A DNA stretch of 64,000 nt from Podarcis filfolensis (taxonomy: Eukaryota): assembly GCA_964270895.1 (NCBI GenBank), contig OZ185437.1. The stretch is one strand, 5' to 3'. A model generated the notes under the pieces. The model worked only from the letters and a program-made list of their open reading frames with translations, was not told the DNA's origin and made no database searches. Shown here in pieces: positions 47,538 to 60,672 of the stretch (the first letter of the stretch is position 1; every line of letters starts with the position of its first letter). Position numbers and translations under genes: made by a program.

Positions 47538-49451
47538 GATTTTTTTTATTTTGTTCCTTAAAGAATGCACTTGAGTTCTTTATACAAAACAGACAAGGGC
47601 CTTCTCTTAGTCTTGAAAGTTTTTCAAGAAACCAGATGTTTAAAGCTTGTACCCAGTTGAGATGTCATCCATTTCTGCCCCTGCTTTCCTAAAATCGGGG
47701 AAATGCAACTGGACCCAACTGCTCCATGCATGCTTCCACATTTGTACACAGAAAGAAAGAACTTTCAATTATTATTAGCAGGTGTTCACACACAGTTATC
47801 CATTAAAATATAACCATTGAGATTATGGCCTCTAAAGCAACTCTTCAAATTCTAAAAATGACAACTTGATTACCGTACTGGCATTTTAGTTGTTAAAAAA
47901 AAAAGGCTTCCCAGAAATTTTCTACTTAGGTTTTCTTCCTAGATGCCATACCTCATATTTATGAGGGACAGCCAAGTTTCCATTACAGCCTAAAGTGTCA
48001 TGACTGAAACATGTCTTGAACCCCAAACACATGGTACTTATATTGTCAAATTATCACTTTCAGTAGCACTCTCTCTCAATAATTCATGCAAGGAAGCTGC
48101 CCCTTCCATGCTAAACCAACATGAGAGCTACAAAAAGGCAGTATTGCTTGGTGCATGCTATTATTTAGTGCCTAATGCCTACATCAGCCAGGCTCCCTTG
48201 TTTAGCAAAGCTTCTCCTAAACCTCCTTATGCTGACCTTTCCTGCCAACTGCATTATTTCATGTATCAATCCTATGCCCTGCTTTTGGCTGGCAACCTGG
48301 AGGCTCCCTCTTCAGTTAGGATGGCGTCCCACACTACATTAAATACACTTGGCACCAAGTGTACTTATTACTTTTAAGCCAATTTTTGGTCCCTTCTAGA
48401 AACCCGTCATCTATGCACTGCAGCCACCCACAGTGGAACCAATGTGAAAGGTAGTCTTGTGGGAAAAATGTGAAACACTCATAATTAAGGATGGAAGGAG
48501 CAGAGAACTACCAAAGGAGATCAAGTGTTTTACAGGTGCCTCTGGATGAACACTGTGCTCCTGCATGCCACACAACACACAGGACCCCTTGCTTTTCAGG
48601 ATCCTTATCTACGGAGGGCTAGTTGCACGGTTACAGAGAATGCCAGGTTCTACCATTCTACAATTGCCATGTTTTATAGGAATGAATATTAGCCATTTAT
48701 TCATGTGGAAGGAAGTTAATCACTGAGCTAGCTCCTGCTGGCAATGCCCATTCCATCTACTGAAGCAGTAGATGATATGGGCATCTCTCTCCCCAGCTTG
48801 CACACCAGAACTGTATCCTAGACTGTTTACTTTCTTTCCAACTGAATTAAATTGCTGTATGTATTTCAGTTTAAGAGCCTTGTGTATGCATTTCATCCTT
48901 GCACTACCCCTTCCCAGTGTGCCACAGTTAACCAAAGTTTCCTGTTATGTATAAATTGGGAAACTATGCTTCCCAAGACTGAAACAAGTCAGTATCTTAA
49001 ACATCAACTTTAGATGGTGATTTGATATCCTGAATTATTCTGGTTTTCCAATTCAGACCCAACAGGAAACTAAGGCCATGCATCTCACTGCTTAGTAAGC
49101 TGAGACATATTCCAAAACAGGCCAACAAGTGCTTTCTAGAGCTGCACAGCCCAAGCTTTGAGTCTACTTCTTGGTCACTCTTTCCTGTGACAAAAAATGA
49201 ACCCAAGAACTGGGTTTCATTTATGGGACAAATGATACCTCCTCAAATAATGCCTCTAAAATTCTCTTGCCTCTAAAATTCTGACCTATATCAAATCAAA
49301 CCCCTAAGGACCATCAATTAAATTACCTTTTGCAAATTTACTCAATTTGTATAATTTATGGAGAGTTGCAAAATTCAGATTGGCTGCAAACAGAATTTAA
49401 AGCTTGTTCCCAGGACTACCAGAAAGTTCTTCATAGATGGTGAATTTCAGC

Positions 49452-49535
49452 TACAATCCTAAGCACACTACCTAGGAAACAAGTCCTATGGAGAATAGTG
49501 GAACTTACTTCAGGGTAAACATGCTTAGGATTGCA
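49452..49535. mobile_element. Short foldback DNA element of the CAATCCTA...TAGGATTG type (relatives near 17810-17900, 23250-23325, 53820-53855 and 59280-59350)
   Basis: Perfect 12-bp inverted arms CAATCCTAAGCA (49454-49465) and TGCTTAGGATTG (49522-49533). Confidence 0.6.
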
Positions 49536-50769
49536 ATTAGCTTCACAATCTGCTTAAAACATTGAAGTCCAGACCTGAGTCTAGAAAGCTTGTTTCTGTG
49601 CACATGTGGAGCTTTTTTCCACTACAATCTTTTAAAAGCATCTCTCATACTGCTTCTAAAGATTTTATGAATTAGAAGTTTGAGAGTGTGAGAAGCTGCA
49701 TGCACACACATATATGTTTTTCATTTGTATCTGGATGCAGACCAACGAATACGTTGTAGAATTTGGGGGGCACTCCCAGACCATGTCATTTCTGAAATTA
49801 CATGCACTACTGAAATCATGTTGACTAAACTGCTCCTTAATGTTTAAAATGCTCCTCAAACTGCAGTTAACCTCCAACTTCCTCCTCCTCCTCCTCCTCT
49901 TTCCTTCTTGCAGACAGCAAACAGAGAAAGAATGCAGGTGATCATTCTCAAAGTGCTATCTGAATCACTGATATTATCTACTCATACTGCTTCAGTGGCC
50001 ATCTCAATAATTTAGCCCTGACCAAATATCTTACTAAGCAATTTGAATTCAGCATCTGAAAAAACAAAAACAAACCAACAAAAAAACTCCACACATTATT
50101 ATTGATCACTCTGCCACCACCATTTGTAAATCCAGGGGCAACAAGCTTATGACTTCTTCTGAAGATAAGCAATCATTATCATGAAGATGACATGGTAAGC
50201 AACAAACAAGAAAAGTGCTAAATCCTTCCTGCTACACTCCTCTCCAAGCAACAGCAGGAGCAACAAACCACAAACCTTGACTTACCATGATATCTGAACC
50301 AGTGCCCAAGGTTTGTTTCTCCCAAACAAGTCACAACCAGGAAGCCAGTAAGAAACCTTCACTCCAGATTGTGGTTTATTTGGAGAAAAACAAATCATGA
50401 GCACCAGTTTAGTCATCACAGCAAGCCAAGGCTCATAGTTTGTTGATTCCACTTGCAATAGGGAAAGAGAACAGTGGGAATGATTCAAAATAGAAATTCA
50501 ACAGGGGTACATACTGTGGCTCTGTTTCCACACCAGGGCAAAAATGTGTGTCGCGTCTTGGATCCACACTGCTAAAGAGTTTTCTATTTTGAGATATCTT
50601 AATGATGATCTGAACATATCACCCTTCAGACACCTAGGTTCTATTACTACTTACACATAGGCACCCCACTGCCTCTTGCCTTCCACTGTTCTTCACTGTT
50701 ATGATGCCCGCTGGGGCACCTTCTCAACTCATTGCCCAGTGCCAGCAAACTGGCCACGCTCCCCTAAAT

Positions 50770-51172
50770 CCATCTCTGTCTGCCTTAGAGGGTAGTTTGG
50801 AAACTTCAACCGGTGCAGATTCAGCAGCCAGATTGTTTACCAATGCAAGATGATCTGAACATATCACACCCATTCCAGCATAACCACAGTGGCTTCTAAT
50901 TATTTTGTGCTCTCGATTAAAGGCACTGGCTTTGACCTATAAAGCCTTATGTGGCTCAGGACCCCAATATTTTCCCCACACGAACCAGCATGGACGCTGC
51001 ATTCATCATGTGCTCCCTCTGAGGGAGCTGTGGACAGTTTTGACAGGCCTTCTCAGTGGCAGATCCCCACTTATGGAATGCTCTCCCTATGGAGGCATGC
51101 CAGGCATCATCATTACCTATCTTTAGGCGCCAGGCAAAAACATTCCTTTTCCAGCAGGCCTTTTAATTACCT
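50770..51172 (+). mobile_element. L2 LINE 3' fragment
   Basis: Frameshifted KLQ.VQ..AARL, HITPI and LALTYKAL motifs typical of the L2 ORF2 C-terminus. Confidence 0.75.
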
Positions 51173-51310
51173 GTGGTCTTCTTAAGTGGGGGTGTCCTCA
51201 TCCTCCCTCTTTGTATAAATATGAGTACATTTTTAGCTTTTGCTCTGATTTTGCTTTATGTTGCTCTTAAACTATCTGCTATATTTTTGTAAGTTGCCTT
51301 CAGTTACTTT

Positions 51311-51536
51311 TGGTTAAGAGCGGTGGACTCATAACCTGGTGAACCGGGTTCGTGTCTCCGCTCCTCCACATGCAGCTGCTGGGTGACCTTGGGCCAGTCA
51401 CACTTCTCTGAAGTCTCTCAGCCCCACTCACCTCACAGAGTGTTTGTTGTGGGGGAGGAAGGGAAAGGAGAATGTTAGCCGCTTTGAGACTCCTTAGGGT
51501 AGTGATAAAGCGGGATATCAAATCCAAACTCTTCTT
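51311..51536 (+). mobile_element. CORE-type tRNA SINE, 5'-truncated (Squam3-like)
   Basis: B-box-like GGGTTCGTGTC followed by a MIR/CORE-like GGGTGACCTTGGGCCAGTCAC...CTCACAGAGTGTTTGTTG and a CTCTTCTT tail; family name from recall. Confidence 0.65.
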
Positions 51537-54136
51537 TTTGAAAAAAATAAAAGGGGGGGTCTACCTAGTTGAATTAATTGTGCTCATCCCCACAGTAAAC
51601 CATTCATAAAATGCTAGCCTAACAGCCTATTTGCTTTGCTCTCATTTCTTTCCTCTACAAGGGAAGTGCTTATCTCTGGAGAGTTACTGTGGAAGTCCCA
51701 GTAGTGTGCCTTCTGCCACATGTACATTCATTCTATTATTTACTTGCCTTCTCCAGCACAACAGCCAGCAACCATTAAAATTCAACTTCTGAAGGACTGT
51801 TTTCTGAGAACCATGTTCCAAACCATGGAATGCAAAAACAAAAACTAGGGCACACATAAAAAGGTTGTAGAGGGTCACAAATTACTATATGCACATTTAG
51901 GACCATGCTTGTGTTTACTTAAAAAGGGGAGGGGAGGAATGCAAGTCTCAGATTTCCCATCACCACTCTAAGTTTAAACATGTCTGTCCCTTTCCCCAGT
52001 GGCATTGGTGCTTTTCTGAACTATCACATTCAGCCACTTTTAATAGCCCTGTCATATAGCATCTTTCCCCATATTTCTAATGTGGAAAGATGCTATATGA
52101 TTTAGGACTATTAAAAAGACAGGTACCTTTAAAAAAGAAAAAAACTTCCCCTAGGTTGCAAAGCAGGTCTCTTGAGATGCTTCACTATCCATACTATAGC
52201 AGGACAGATGTTGCTCAAGCATCTAGAAATGGAAGACACCACATTCCACTTATCAGAGAATCTGGGTTTACTTTCCCTTTGAAGTCAGGGCATTCACAAT
52301 ACCCTGAACCTCCCCACTCTGTCCCATATTCTGCTGCTCGTAAAGGCAGAACTAGGTAAGCCTCTTCAAGGTAAGCATTTTAAGTCACATTTGCTCCTAG
52401 AGGCATCCTTCTTTTTCCTTCCCCACCTTTTTAATTAATACTACATTATTACACTTTGTAGCCAAGGCCATTATACATCAAACAACCTGGTATATCAAGA
52501 AAAAAAGGAAACAAGGGAAAGAGAAAAGCAAATAAAAATGGCCTATGAAGGCAAAAATGAGCAGCATAGCAAAAAAAAGAGGAGGGGACAGTGACTAGAT
52601 TACAAGGGAAAATAAGATCATTTTACATTTTTGGAATCACAATGTAGACGCATCATTCTCTTGTGAGGCATTCTGGGGTCTCAAGAGGCATCGACTGTGG
52701 CCCCATAAGCTCAGCAAAGTGGTGGCTGGCCAAGATTTCTTAGCACCTGTCCTATTTCACTATACTGTACTGTTCCCTGCTCCTTGCCACTGTGCACACC
52801 TGAACCCCCAATGGTGCTGCCACCTTACTGTTATTAGAAAAGCAGAGGCTACCTTTGTAGTTTCTCCCAATTTTGACTCCTATGCCTTAAAGAGCAGTGT
52901 GCAAGCTCCAAGATCCCTAACACCAATATTATTCTCCAAATGCCTCTCCCCTGTCTTTCTCCTTTTTGCTATTATAAAACAGAGGAGTTTGTTCAAGAGC
53001 ATACATAAATTTCCCCATAAATTGATTACAGTTCCGCCTTGTGCTTCTTACTTACAAAGTTAATCTCATTTCTCCAGAAGTATATTGCTCCCAATCCCAA
53101 AAACCGCATGGCCAACATCTACAGCAGTAACTGATTACATGAATCTTCAGTACATACATCTGAATTTATTCAATGCAAATGAAGTGGGAATATGTATCCC
53201 TGGGCCAACAGCACTGCCACTCATCCATCTCAGTATTTCTAAGGCTACACATCTAGGCATAATTACTCACATTTTTCACTGAATTCAGTAAAATTTCTTT
53301 CCAATTAAAAATCACAGCGGACATGTGTGAATGGTTGGGTGGGAGAAGCTTATTATCTTCACATATTAGGCCAAGATGATTAGGGATGGAAACTTAACAA
53401 CTTCACATGGCACCATGTTTGCATGTTTATATGTTAAAAAGGTCGCGACAATAAGGCTAGATGGAGTTGCTTAAAAGATTACATTATCCTGCCTTTTGGA
53501 TTCCTAATATAATGTAGTTACCGTGAAATGTGGTCTGATAGTCAGACAATAGCCAAGAAAGGTTAAGTCCCAATGCATCAATCACTGCCTATAAGGTTGT
53601 CAGCTGGCAATTTCAATTACCTCTGTCTCTAAACAGATCTGCAGGTGCAAAAAAAGAGAGGATGTGGTCACTATTTCTACTATGCCCCTGCTTTTCATGT
53701 CCAATCTTTGAAGTTTTTAAACAATGTCAGGCTAGTCATTAAACTATGCAGCTTTTCTATACAAAGTGATTACATCAAGAGAGCTAAACAAAACCCAGTT
53801 GGATGTCACAGAGTAACAGTGCAATCCTATTCTGCTAAGTGAGGATAGGATTGCTACTGCATATTCTGCTGAACCCAGTTAAGGTGATGCTATGCCAGTG
53901 TAGTGAATTTACACCAGCATAACCCTATGCTGCACAGAGAAAGTCTGGCTGGAGTCAGGGGCATGGTGAGAAGTGCTGTACTATTCTAGGGAAATGCATA
54001 ATTTAGTCTTCTAGAGATTTCATAATGCTATCAGCACCACAGGAAAACACACTTCAAGTCAATGGAGACCCAGAAATAGGCATGCAAACCCCAATTTCCC
54101 TCACCCATCCCACATTAGGGAACAGAATGTGGCACA

Positions 54137-54510
54137 GGGAACAGCTGTAGCTCAGGAGCCAAGTGCATGCCTTATATGCAGGAGATCCCCGGTTTAAACC
54201 CTGCCATCTCCAGGTAAGTCTACCTCAAAACGTGGAGAGTCACTGGCAGCCAGAGTGCACAGTATGGATTTAGAGACCAAATGTGGGTCTCCAGCTGTTT
54301 TTAGACTACAATTCCCATCATCTCTGACCACTGGTCCTTCTAGCTAGGGATGATGGGAGCTGTAGTCCAAAAAACTGCTGTAGACCCAAGTTTGGGAAAC
54401 ACTGCTCTAAATCCATACTGTCCACTCTGGCCGCCAGTGACTGCAAGTTTGGGAAACGCCGATTTAGAGAAACCAATGGTCCTGACTAGGCATAAGGCAT
54501 CTTCCTATGT
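54137..54510 (+). mobile_element. tRNA-derived SINE interrupted by an hAT MITE and an inverted duplication
   Basis: Head GGGAACAGCTGTAGCTCAG...CCCCGGTTTAAACCCTG, tail CTTCCTATGT; ATTTAGAG occurs on both sides of the insert (54268-54275 and 54462-54469). Confidence 0.7.
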
Positions 54511-56745
54511 ATCTACTTCACAATAGTCAACTCCACAATAACTCAGAGCAGGGCTTTCAATGTGGCTGCCCCCTGTTCTGTCAAACCGCATTCCTGTCAA
54601 TATGCAACAGACACCCTCTATCTGCACTTTCCAGGAAAAAAAGTCATTTTTTGTTCTGACAAGCTTTCCCAGCTGGATGAATGGGTCTCTGCTTTGTATT
54701 GTTTTTAATTTCATCTTCTGCCATTTTCTATGCTGTTTTAGCCATTTTTATCATATTTTCTACATAGCCTTGTGACATTTGTGGAAGACAGATAACCATA
54801 ATAATAAAATTATTATTATAATAATTAATAATAATAATAACAATATACTTATATGAGCCCTAACAAATGAATACCAATCACATAACAAGCATGGCACAAG
54901 TTTTATGTTATTCTGCCCGAAGAATCAAAACACACACAGGTACCACTATCCAAACATTTGTTATTGAAACATTCACATGAGGAATTAGTACCCAAACCTC
55001 ATTATACACACCACAGATTCAGATATCCAAACAGCCAGACTTATGTGTAGTACTGTAAACAAATAAGCAACCTTATGTTTTGCTGGTTTGCAGCAGGTGT
55101 TTCACCAGAAACCATGGTGGGAAGTGGGAGAGATCAGACAAATCTTTTTTCAGAGGGTTGTCCTGGGTTTCCCAGTTTTGTTTTTGTTTTTTGTTTTGTT
55201 TGTCGTTTTGGGGTCAGAATTTCATGGTCGGAATGCATGATAAAATTCCCCCATAGGAATCAATGGAAATCATCTTCTCATTAAAAGAACGCTCACCTAA
55301 CAAACAATTCCTGGAGAATGCATTGTGTTCAGATAGTGAGACCTGCTTGGATACAAATGTACATCTGGAAAACTTTGTGTACAGTGCTCTCTTTCTATCA
55401 CAGCTCATTACTTAAAGGAAGGGCCTGCACAGACAGCTATGCAAAATCAACAATAAAGAAGAAAGTGCAGAGTCATAACACTTATCCATCTCAGCAACAG
55501 AATATTTTGCCCTGAGAAGCTTGTGCTCTACAGATCCTACCTCCTTCAGCCCTATAGAGTGTGGCAAGTGTGAATGGAAGGGGACACATTTAACCATGAC
55601 ATTGTCCCTCTTAAAAGAGTTATCTGCAGTCTGCCACCAGCTGCCAAGGCATCTGAACTCCTGACCCTGTACTAGAACTTGTGGCTGCAGGTGTGTGTGC
55701 TTGCTTGTCCTCCTAACCCAGCCTTCATTAACCTGGTGCCCCCCAAATGTCTTGGACCACAGCTCCCATCAGTCCCAGCCAGCAGTTACAGAATGCACCT
55801 GTGCAATGTGCACAGGAAGATGTAACAGGGCCCTGTGATGTCATCATGGTATCCCTTCCATTCACATATATTGTTGGTGCCTTCTCTGTGTGGGTTCTAT
55901 GGCAGTACTGATGAGCAACTTCATTACGGATGGGTGATGGGAGGAGTTCCTAGAGATGTTGTGTGCAGGTTGATGTCTGTGGACCTTCTCATTTCTACTG
56001 GTGTTGTTTAGGTTTCTATTTTGCTGTGTTGAGTACAGAAGATCAGAACTACTCTGTCCTTTGCTGCTCGCAGTATTTAGGATTACAAACTGTAATATGA
56101 GGGCCATAAAGTAGGATTAGATGGCCCAACCATGGTCTAGCCATTTTGACTACCACTCCCTGCAATATAGAATGAAGGCCAAATGAGTGCAGAATGAAGA
56201 TCTAACACAATTAAGGATGGCTGCACAAAATAACACAACTAAGAGCAGTACAGAGATTTCATTTGGGATGAGTGGTGCATGTGACATACTTTAAAATTTT
56301 CATCTTTCCTACCCTTCATTAACGATACACAATGGAACCATTACAATGAACAAGAATCATTCAGTTTTGCCACGATCAAACCAACCTCTCTGTAGAGATA
56401 ATCTCCACATTACAGCAACTCAAGTCAACATCCACCCTCATCTAAACACATTCGCCCAAAGCATGGCCAGAATACTTTTGCAGTTTCCAAGTAGTCACAG
56501 GCCTTTTCTCTCTGATACATGCACCTGTCCTAAAACCTGAAGGTCAAAATGAAGCAAAATACGGGGACTAAATAATTTCTGAGGTGTTATATTGCTACAA
56601 TAAAAAGTTCGTTTTTTAAGCACTTCATTTAATTCTAATGGCAGAAGAAACTGATTACCCAGAGTGCAATGGACCCCAGGAGCACAGAACCACACAGATT
56701 CCCTAGCCCTCCACACGCGAACCACTTATATAAAAAGATGCTTAC

Positions 56746-56875
56746 AGTCCAGGTGTTTTTTCTTGGGCCCCATCACTTCATGTGTGGTTGCTTTGCAGAC
56801 GGCTCTAGCTACAGCTGATCCTGTAACGCTGTACTGAGCAGCTGCGATGCGATCTGTCAGCGTCTGACCCGACAT
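56746..56875 (-). CDS. SNAP91: Exon 2 coding part (130 nt), ANTH N-terminus with PIP2-binding K28 and K38-K39-K40-H41; exon includes 30 nt of 5'UTR up to 56905
   Basis: [43 protein letters not shown]; acceptor ttgtag| at 56906-56907; donor GACT|gtaagc. Confidence 0.97.
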
Positions 56876-58394
56876 CTTCGGCTAATTCTAGGACTGCTAC
56901 CACTTCTACAAGGGGGAGGGGGGAAGAAAAATAACTGAGGGGAGGATAATCTTTTTTAAAAGGATATATATATGTGGACAATTATTTAACTAGCGAAAGC
57001 TGATTTCTAAATCCTGGCTCATTCCAGGTTCCCTCCTTCCTCCCATGCCACCTCCTCTGTTGTGTAAGTGTTTGCATTGCAACTATATCCGAGAGATTCT
57101 GGGGGCATTGTAGACGAAACAGAAATATGCCCACATAATAATACTGTATATGAATTCCGAGGGTGTGTGTGTGGGGGGGGGTGTCCTTTCCCTTGCCTGC
57201 CTCCCTTGAGTATGATGGCGGTTCCTGCAAACCACTATGTATCTCATCTCTCGTTTATGGGGGGTGGGGAATAAATGAAGCTTTCTCCCTCCCCTCCCCG
57301 CAACCTCACAGAAGATCTCCCATCCCTGGGCCTTCCTGACAGAGCCCCAAGAGGGCCCAGGGACTGAATTATCTAGCCAGTCTCCACACGGCCCTGTCAC
57401 CACCGCTCCCTCCTGCTGCTGGCGGGGCTTCTTACTGCAGCAACGGGATTCTCTCGCCTTCCTCCCTGCGTTTCTACCTCTCTCTCTCTCTCTCTGGTGG
57501 GAGATTATCATATCATTGCGCCATGTTATGCCCTCTCGGTGCCTTTCCCCCAGCCAGCTCTGTCTTGAAGACAACTGCAGGCCGCCGGTTCCCAATCCCA
57601 AACCACCCCACCCCGGCGATCTCTCACGCCCCGCAGCCCCCCGCTCCCCCTCCTCTCCCCCCCTACCCTCTCCAAGCCGCTTGTCTCCTTCTCCTCGCCC
57701 TCTGCAATGCAACCCTCCCCTTTTTCCGGGGGGGGGGGGGAGAGGAACGACAGCAGAGGCGGCGGCGGCGGCGTTTGGCTAGTAGTCTTGCATATCTGCA
57801 TCTCTCCCTCCCTCCCGCCCCCCCCACCTCGCCTCGGGGATTACCAAGCAGCGCCCAGCCAGGCCTGCTCTCCCCGTCCCCTCCCCGGAGAATGTGGAAG
57901 TGCCCGAGGCGGCAGCGGCGGCAGCAGCAGCAGACCTGTCAGTGCGTCCGCGTCCTTCTGGCGACTGCCGCGCCTCTGCTCTGCCCCTCGCGGTGCTGCT
58001 GGCGCTGCCTCCTGCTCGCGAGGAGGCCACGGTCTCTCCTCCTCCTCCTCCGCTTGTCCCCCCCCCTCCACCCAACACGCTAACCTCTCTCGCCCCCGCC
58101 CGCTCGCAGCTGCGCCGAGCCCCCCTCCGTCCGCACCGGCGGCCCCCTTTGCTCCAGAGCGCGGGAAAGGCGCGCCCTGGGCGCACACGCCGCGCCCTCA
58201 GGTGCAGGGAGAGCAGGGATGCGCTAAGGCCGGAGCGGGTGCCGGGGGAGCTCTCCACGCCCGCCGCCGCCACCGCTATTTCGAGCCTAATCCCCGGTTG
58301 CCTAATCCCCGGTTGCGGCCACAAACCTTCCCTGTGGTGCCACTGCTAGGATGCATGTATGCGTGCAATACGCAACCCCCGACGCGCGCTCTCT

Positions 58395-58395
58395 C

Positions 58396-58433
<38 letters not shown>

Positions 58434-58439
58434 ACACAC
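58395..58439. repeat. (GT)n(GC)n(AC)n alternating purine-pyrimidine tract
   Basis: 45 nt of alternation; perfect 26-bp palindrome at 58414-58439. Confidence 0.95.
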
Positions 58440-58549
58440 CTCGCTCCCTCCTTGCCTTTTCTTGCCGGCTCTTCTTGCTCGTTCCTCACGGGGCCTCGCA
58501 GGTTTGTGGCTTCTTCGGAGTCAGGTGACTCGGAGCAGACGAAGCGGAC

Positions 58550-58568
58550 AGCCCTCTAGGGGGCCGTA
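58550..58568 (+). promoter_or_regulatory. Candidate CTCF site
   Basis: AGCCCTCTAGGGGGCCGTA; core CCTCTAGGGGGC fits CC[AT]C[CT]AG[AG][GT]GGC. Confidence 0.5.
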
Positions 58569-60672
58569 AGAACCGGATAAGGCCTCCCCCCCCAACACCC
58601 CCCCCCGCGCTCTTAAAAGGGACACCCCTCGCGGGCCGCGCGGTGGGAATCTCCCCGCCTTGGAAAAAACCGCGCGCCCAGTCGTGGGAAGGGCAGCTGC
58701 TGACTGTTGAGAAACCGGGGTGGCGGCGCCCCTCTTCCTTCCCCACCACCAGCCCAATAGTTTTACTATATACGTACATCGGTATACACCTGTATTTTTG
58801 TTTGGGGGTACCTTTCACTTCAAATATGTGAAAATATAGCAAGATCTCTCCCCTTTGGACTGTATTATTTCTAATTAAGTTAGCATATTATCAAACCATT
58901 TTGTAAAGAGCCAAAGGAACACAAGTGAACAGCAAAGAACCTGCACAAGCAACGCTGACACCAAACCCTACATATAGTAAGTAAAATAGAAACATCGCCA
59001 CCCAACCCCAACCCCCCCATCTCCCCCCCCCACCTCTTTCCCCCTTTTCTTCCTAATGTCTCAACAAATGAAACCGATTTGTAAAAAAATTACATGGGGG
59101 AAATACAAGAGAGACATTGCACACACTTTTGTAAATCAAGAAAATCTTTAATAAAATAAAAATAAAGAGCTAATATCTGATTTGCCTGACTCTACCAGGC
59201 TCCTTCACATTTCATCTTCTTTGTTGCCGTAAACATTATTAGCTGTGTAACCAAATGGATGAACAATTAACATAAAGCTGCAGTCCTAAGTATGCTCATT
59301 GAGCTCAATGGGAATCGCTTCAGACTGGGTAAAGGTGCTTAGAATGGCACTGCAGGTATGTTCATAAATAGTTCTCATATAAAACAGCTTCAAATTATAA
59401 CTTCCAGTGCAACTATAAATGCTTTCTAGCCACTTAAGATGTACTTCAAATTGTATTATAATAATGACAGAGTTCCTCATTATTTTCAAACGTCTTTGCT
59501 TTTGTAATCACCTGCAATTGTAGTTAAACTCAGAAAACTGCCGTATTTTAAGAACTCAGAAACTGAAATTGCACTATCATGATGCTATATTTCATCTTTC
59601 CCCGTAATGACAAATTGAGCAGCAATAAGAGCTCGTAAGTCATGAGTGAAGCGGTGCTGCAGAAGGGGGGCATGTTGGAAAGATGTGGATGCATCTCATT
59701 AGTCACGTTATTAGATAGACCTGAGTCAGTCTGGTACCAGTTGCAGTGGTTTATATTTGCTTACTTTTTCCTGGATAGGCCCCCTAATGTTGATTGAAAA
59801 TCCCAAAACAATTTTGCTCTTGAATAGTCACTTTGAATTTAATCCAGTGATGGTATCCTTCAGCTCTAGAGTTCTTGGTTTCAGGATGTACAGCTTGCTT
59901 ATAAGATAACAGTACATGTTGAATTATTTTACAGTTGCAGTGGCCTCTTAATTTTACAAACTAGCAAAATACCAGTCCTTATAAAGAGCAGGAGCCGGGG
60001 TGTGAGGTGAAGTCATATTGCAAGGAGAAATCCTATTCCGCTGAGAAGTGCAAAGCTAGAACATGAGGCTGTTCTTCTAGTGCTGGGATGGAAAAGGCAG
60101 GCTTCCCCACCACCACCAGCTGGTTAGGTCTGGTTTATTAAATTTCTACATCACTCCACGCTATAAAAAGTCTTGAAGCCATTTGCACCTAGGAGTAAGA
60201 GCACAATTAATAGAAATACATATGAATTGTTCTGAGTTTGCGGGGCAGGAAGTAGGTTATATGTGAGACATTTCTAACTCCTGGATCCAGCAAGTGTTAA
60301 GGCAGGCTAGGTTCCTGTGTTGAGGTGATAGCTTTGGTGATGGGCCATTAAGGGCAGGGAAAGGGAAGGGGGCTCTGTGAGAGATGGGCAAATGGTGGTG
60401 CTCCTTCTTCAACTCATATATGGTTAGAAGGACAAAGCCTGAGTTAGGAGTTGGAAGTTGCAGTAATGTGGGCCAGAAGAGAAATGGCAAGCTGGAGAGA
60501 GTGTCAGAACAATGTTTGATTTCTGTTTGAATCCAAAGCTGTGGCTATGGGAGAAACAAGACCATATATAAATAAACCATATATCATAAAACCACCACAG
60601 TCTCTACTGTGGCTCATTTCCAAAATGAAGCACAAAGTGCCTGGAACCCCTGGAATCTCACACCGCTTAGAG

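Larger units (their letters stand above)
2111..56875 (-). other. SNAP91: SNAP91/AP180 spliced coding span (exons 2-23; 3' end outside window)
   Basis: 22 exons, all with AG/GT boundaries and matching phases, join into 2188 nt without a stop. Translation runs [44 protein letters not shown]...FEAAFGASPSPSPGGTSFDPS and matches the AP180 sequence I recall. Confidence 0.98.
57400..58740 (-). promoter_or_regulatory. CpG island / SNAP91 promoter and probable non-coding exon 1 (boundaries unresolved; candidate donors end exon 1 at 57845 or 57828)
   Basis: Abrupt switch to very GC- and CpG-rich sequence about 0.5-1.8 kb upstream of exon 2, with GCG runs and many CCCCGCC/GGCGG GC-box-like sites. Confidence 0.85.

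Noticed and set aside
58535-58556. REST/RE1 silencer
   Set aside because: Only the right half (GGACAGCC) is present, without TTCAGCACC. Partial matches near 43750 and 54011 are also poor.
57083-58842. Many long overlapping ORFs (up to 273 aa) on both strands
   Set aside because: Expected in a GC-rich CpG island with few stop codons; low-complexity Pro/Ala/Gly/Arg content and no recognisable domain.
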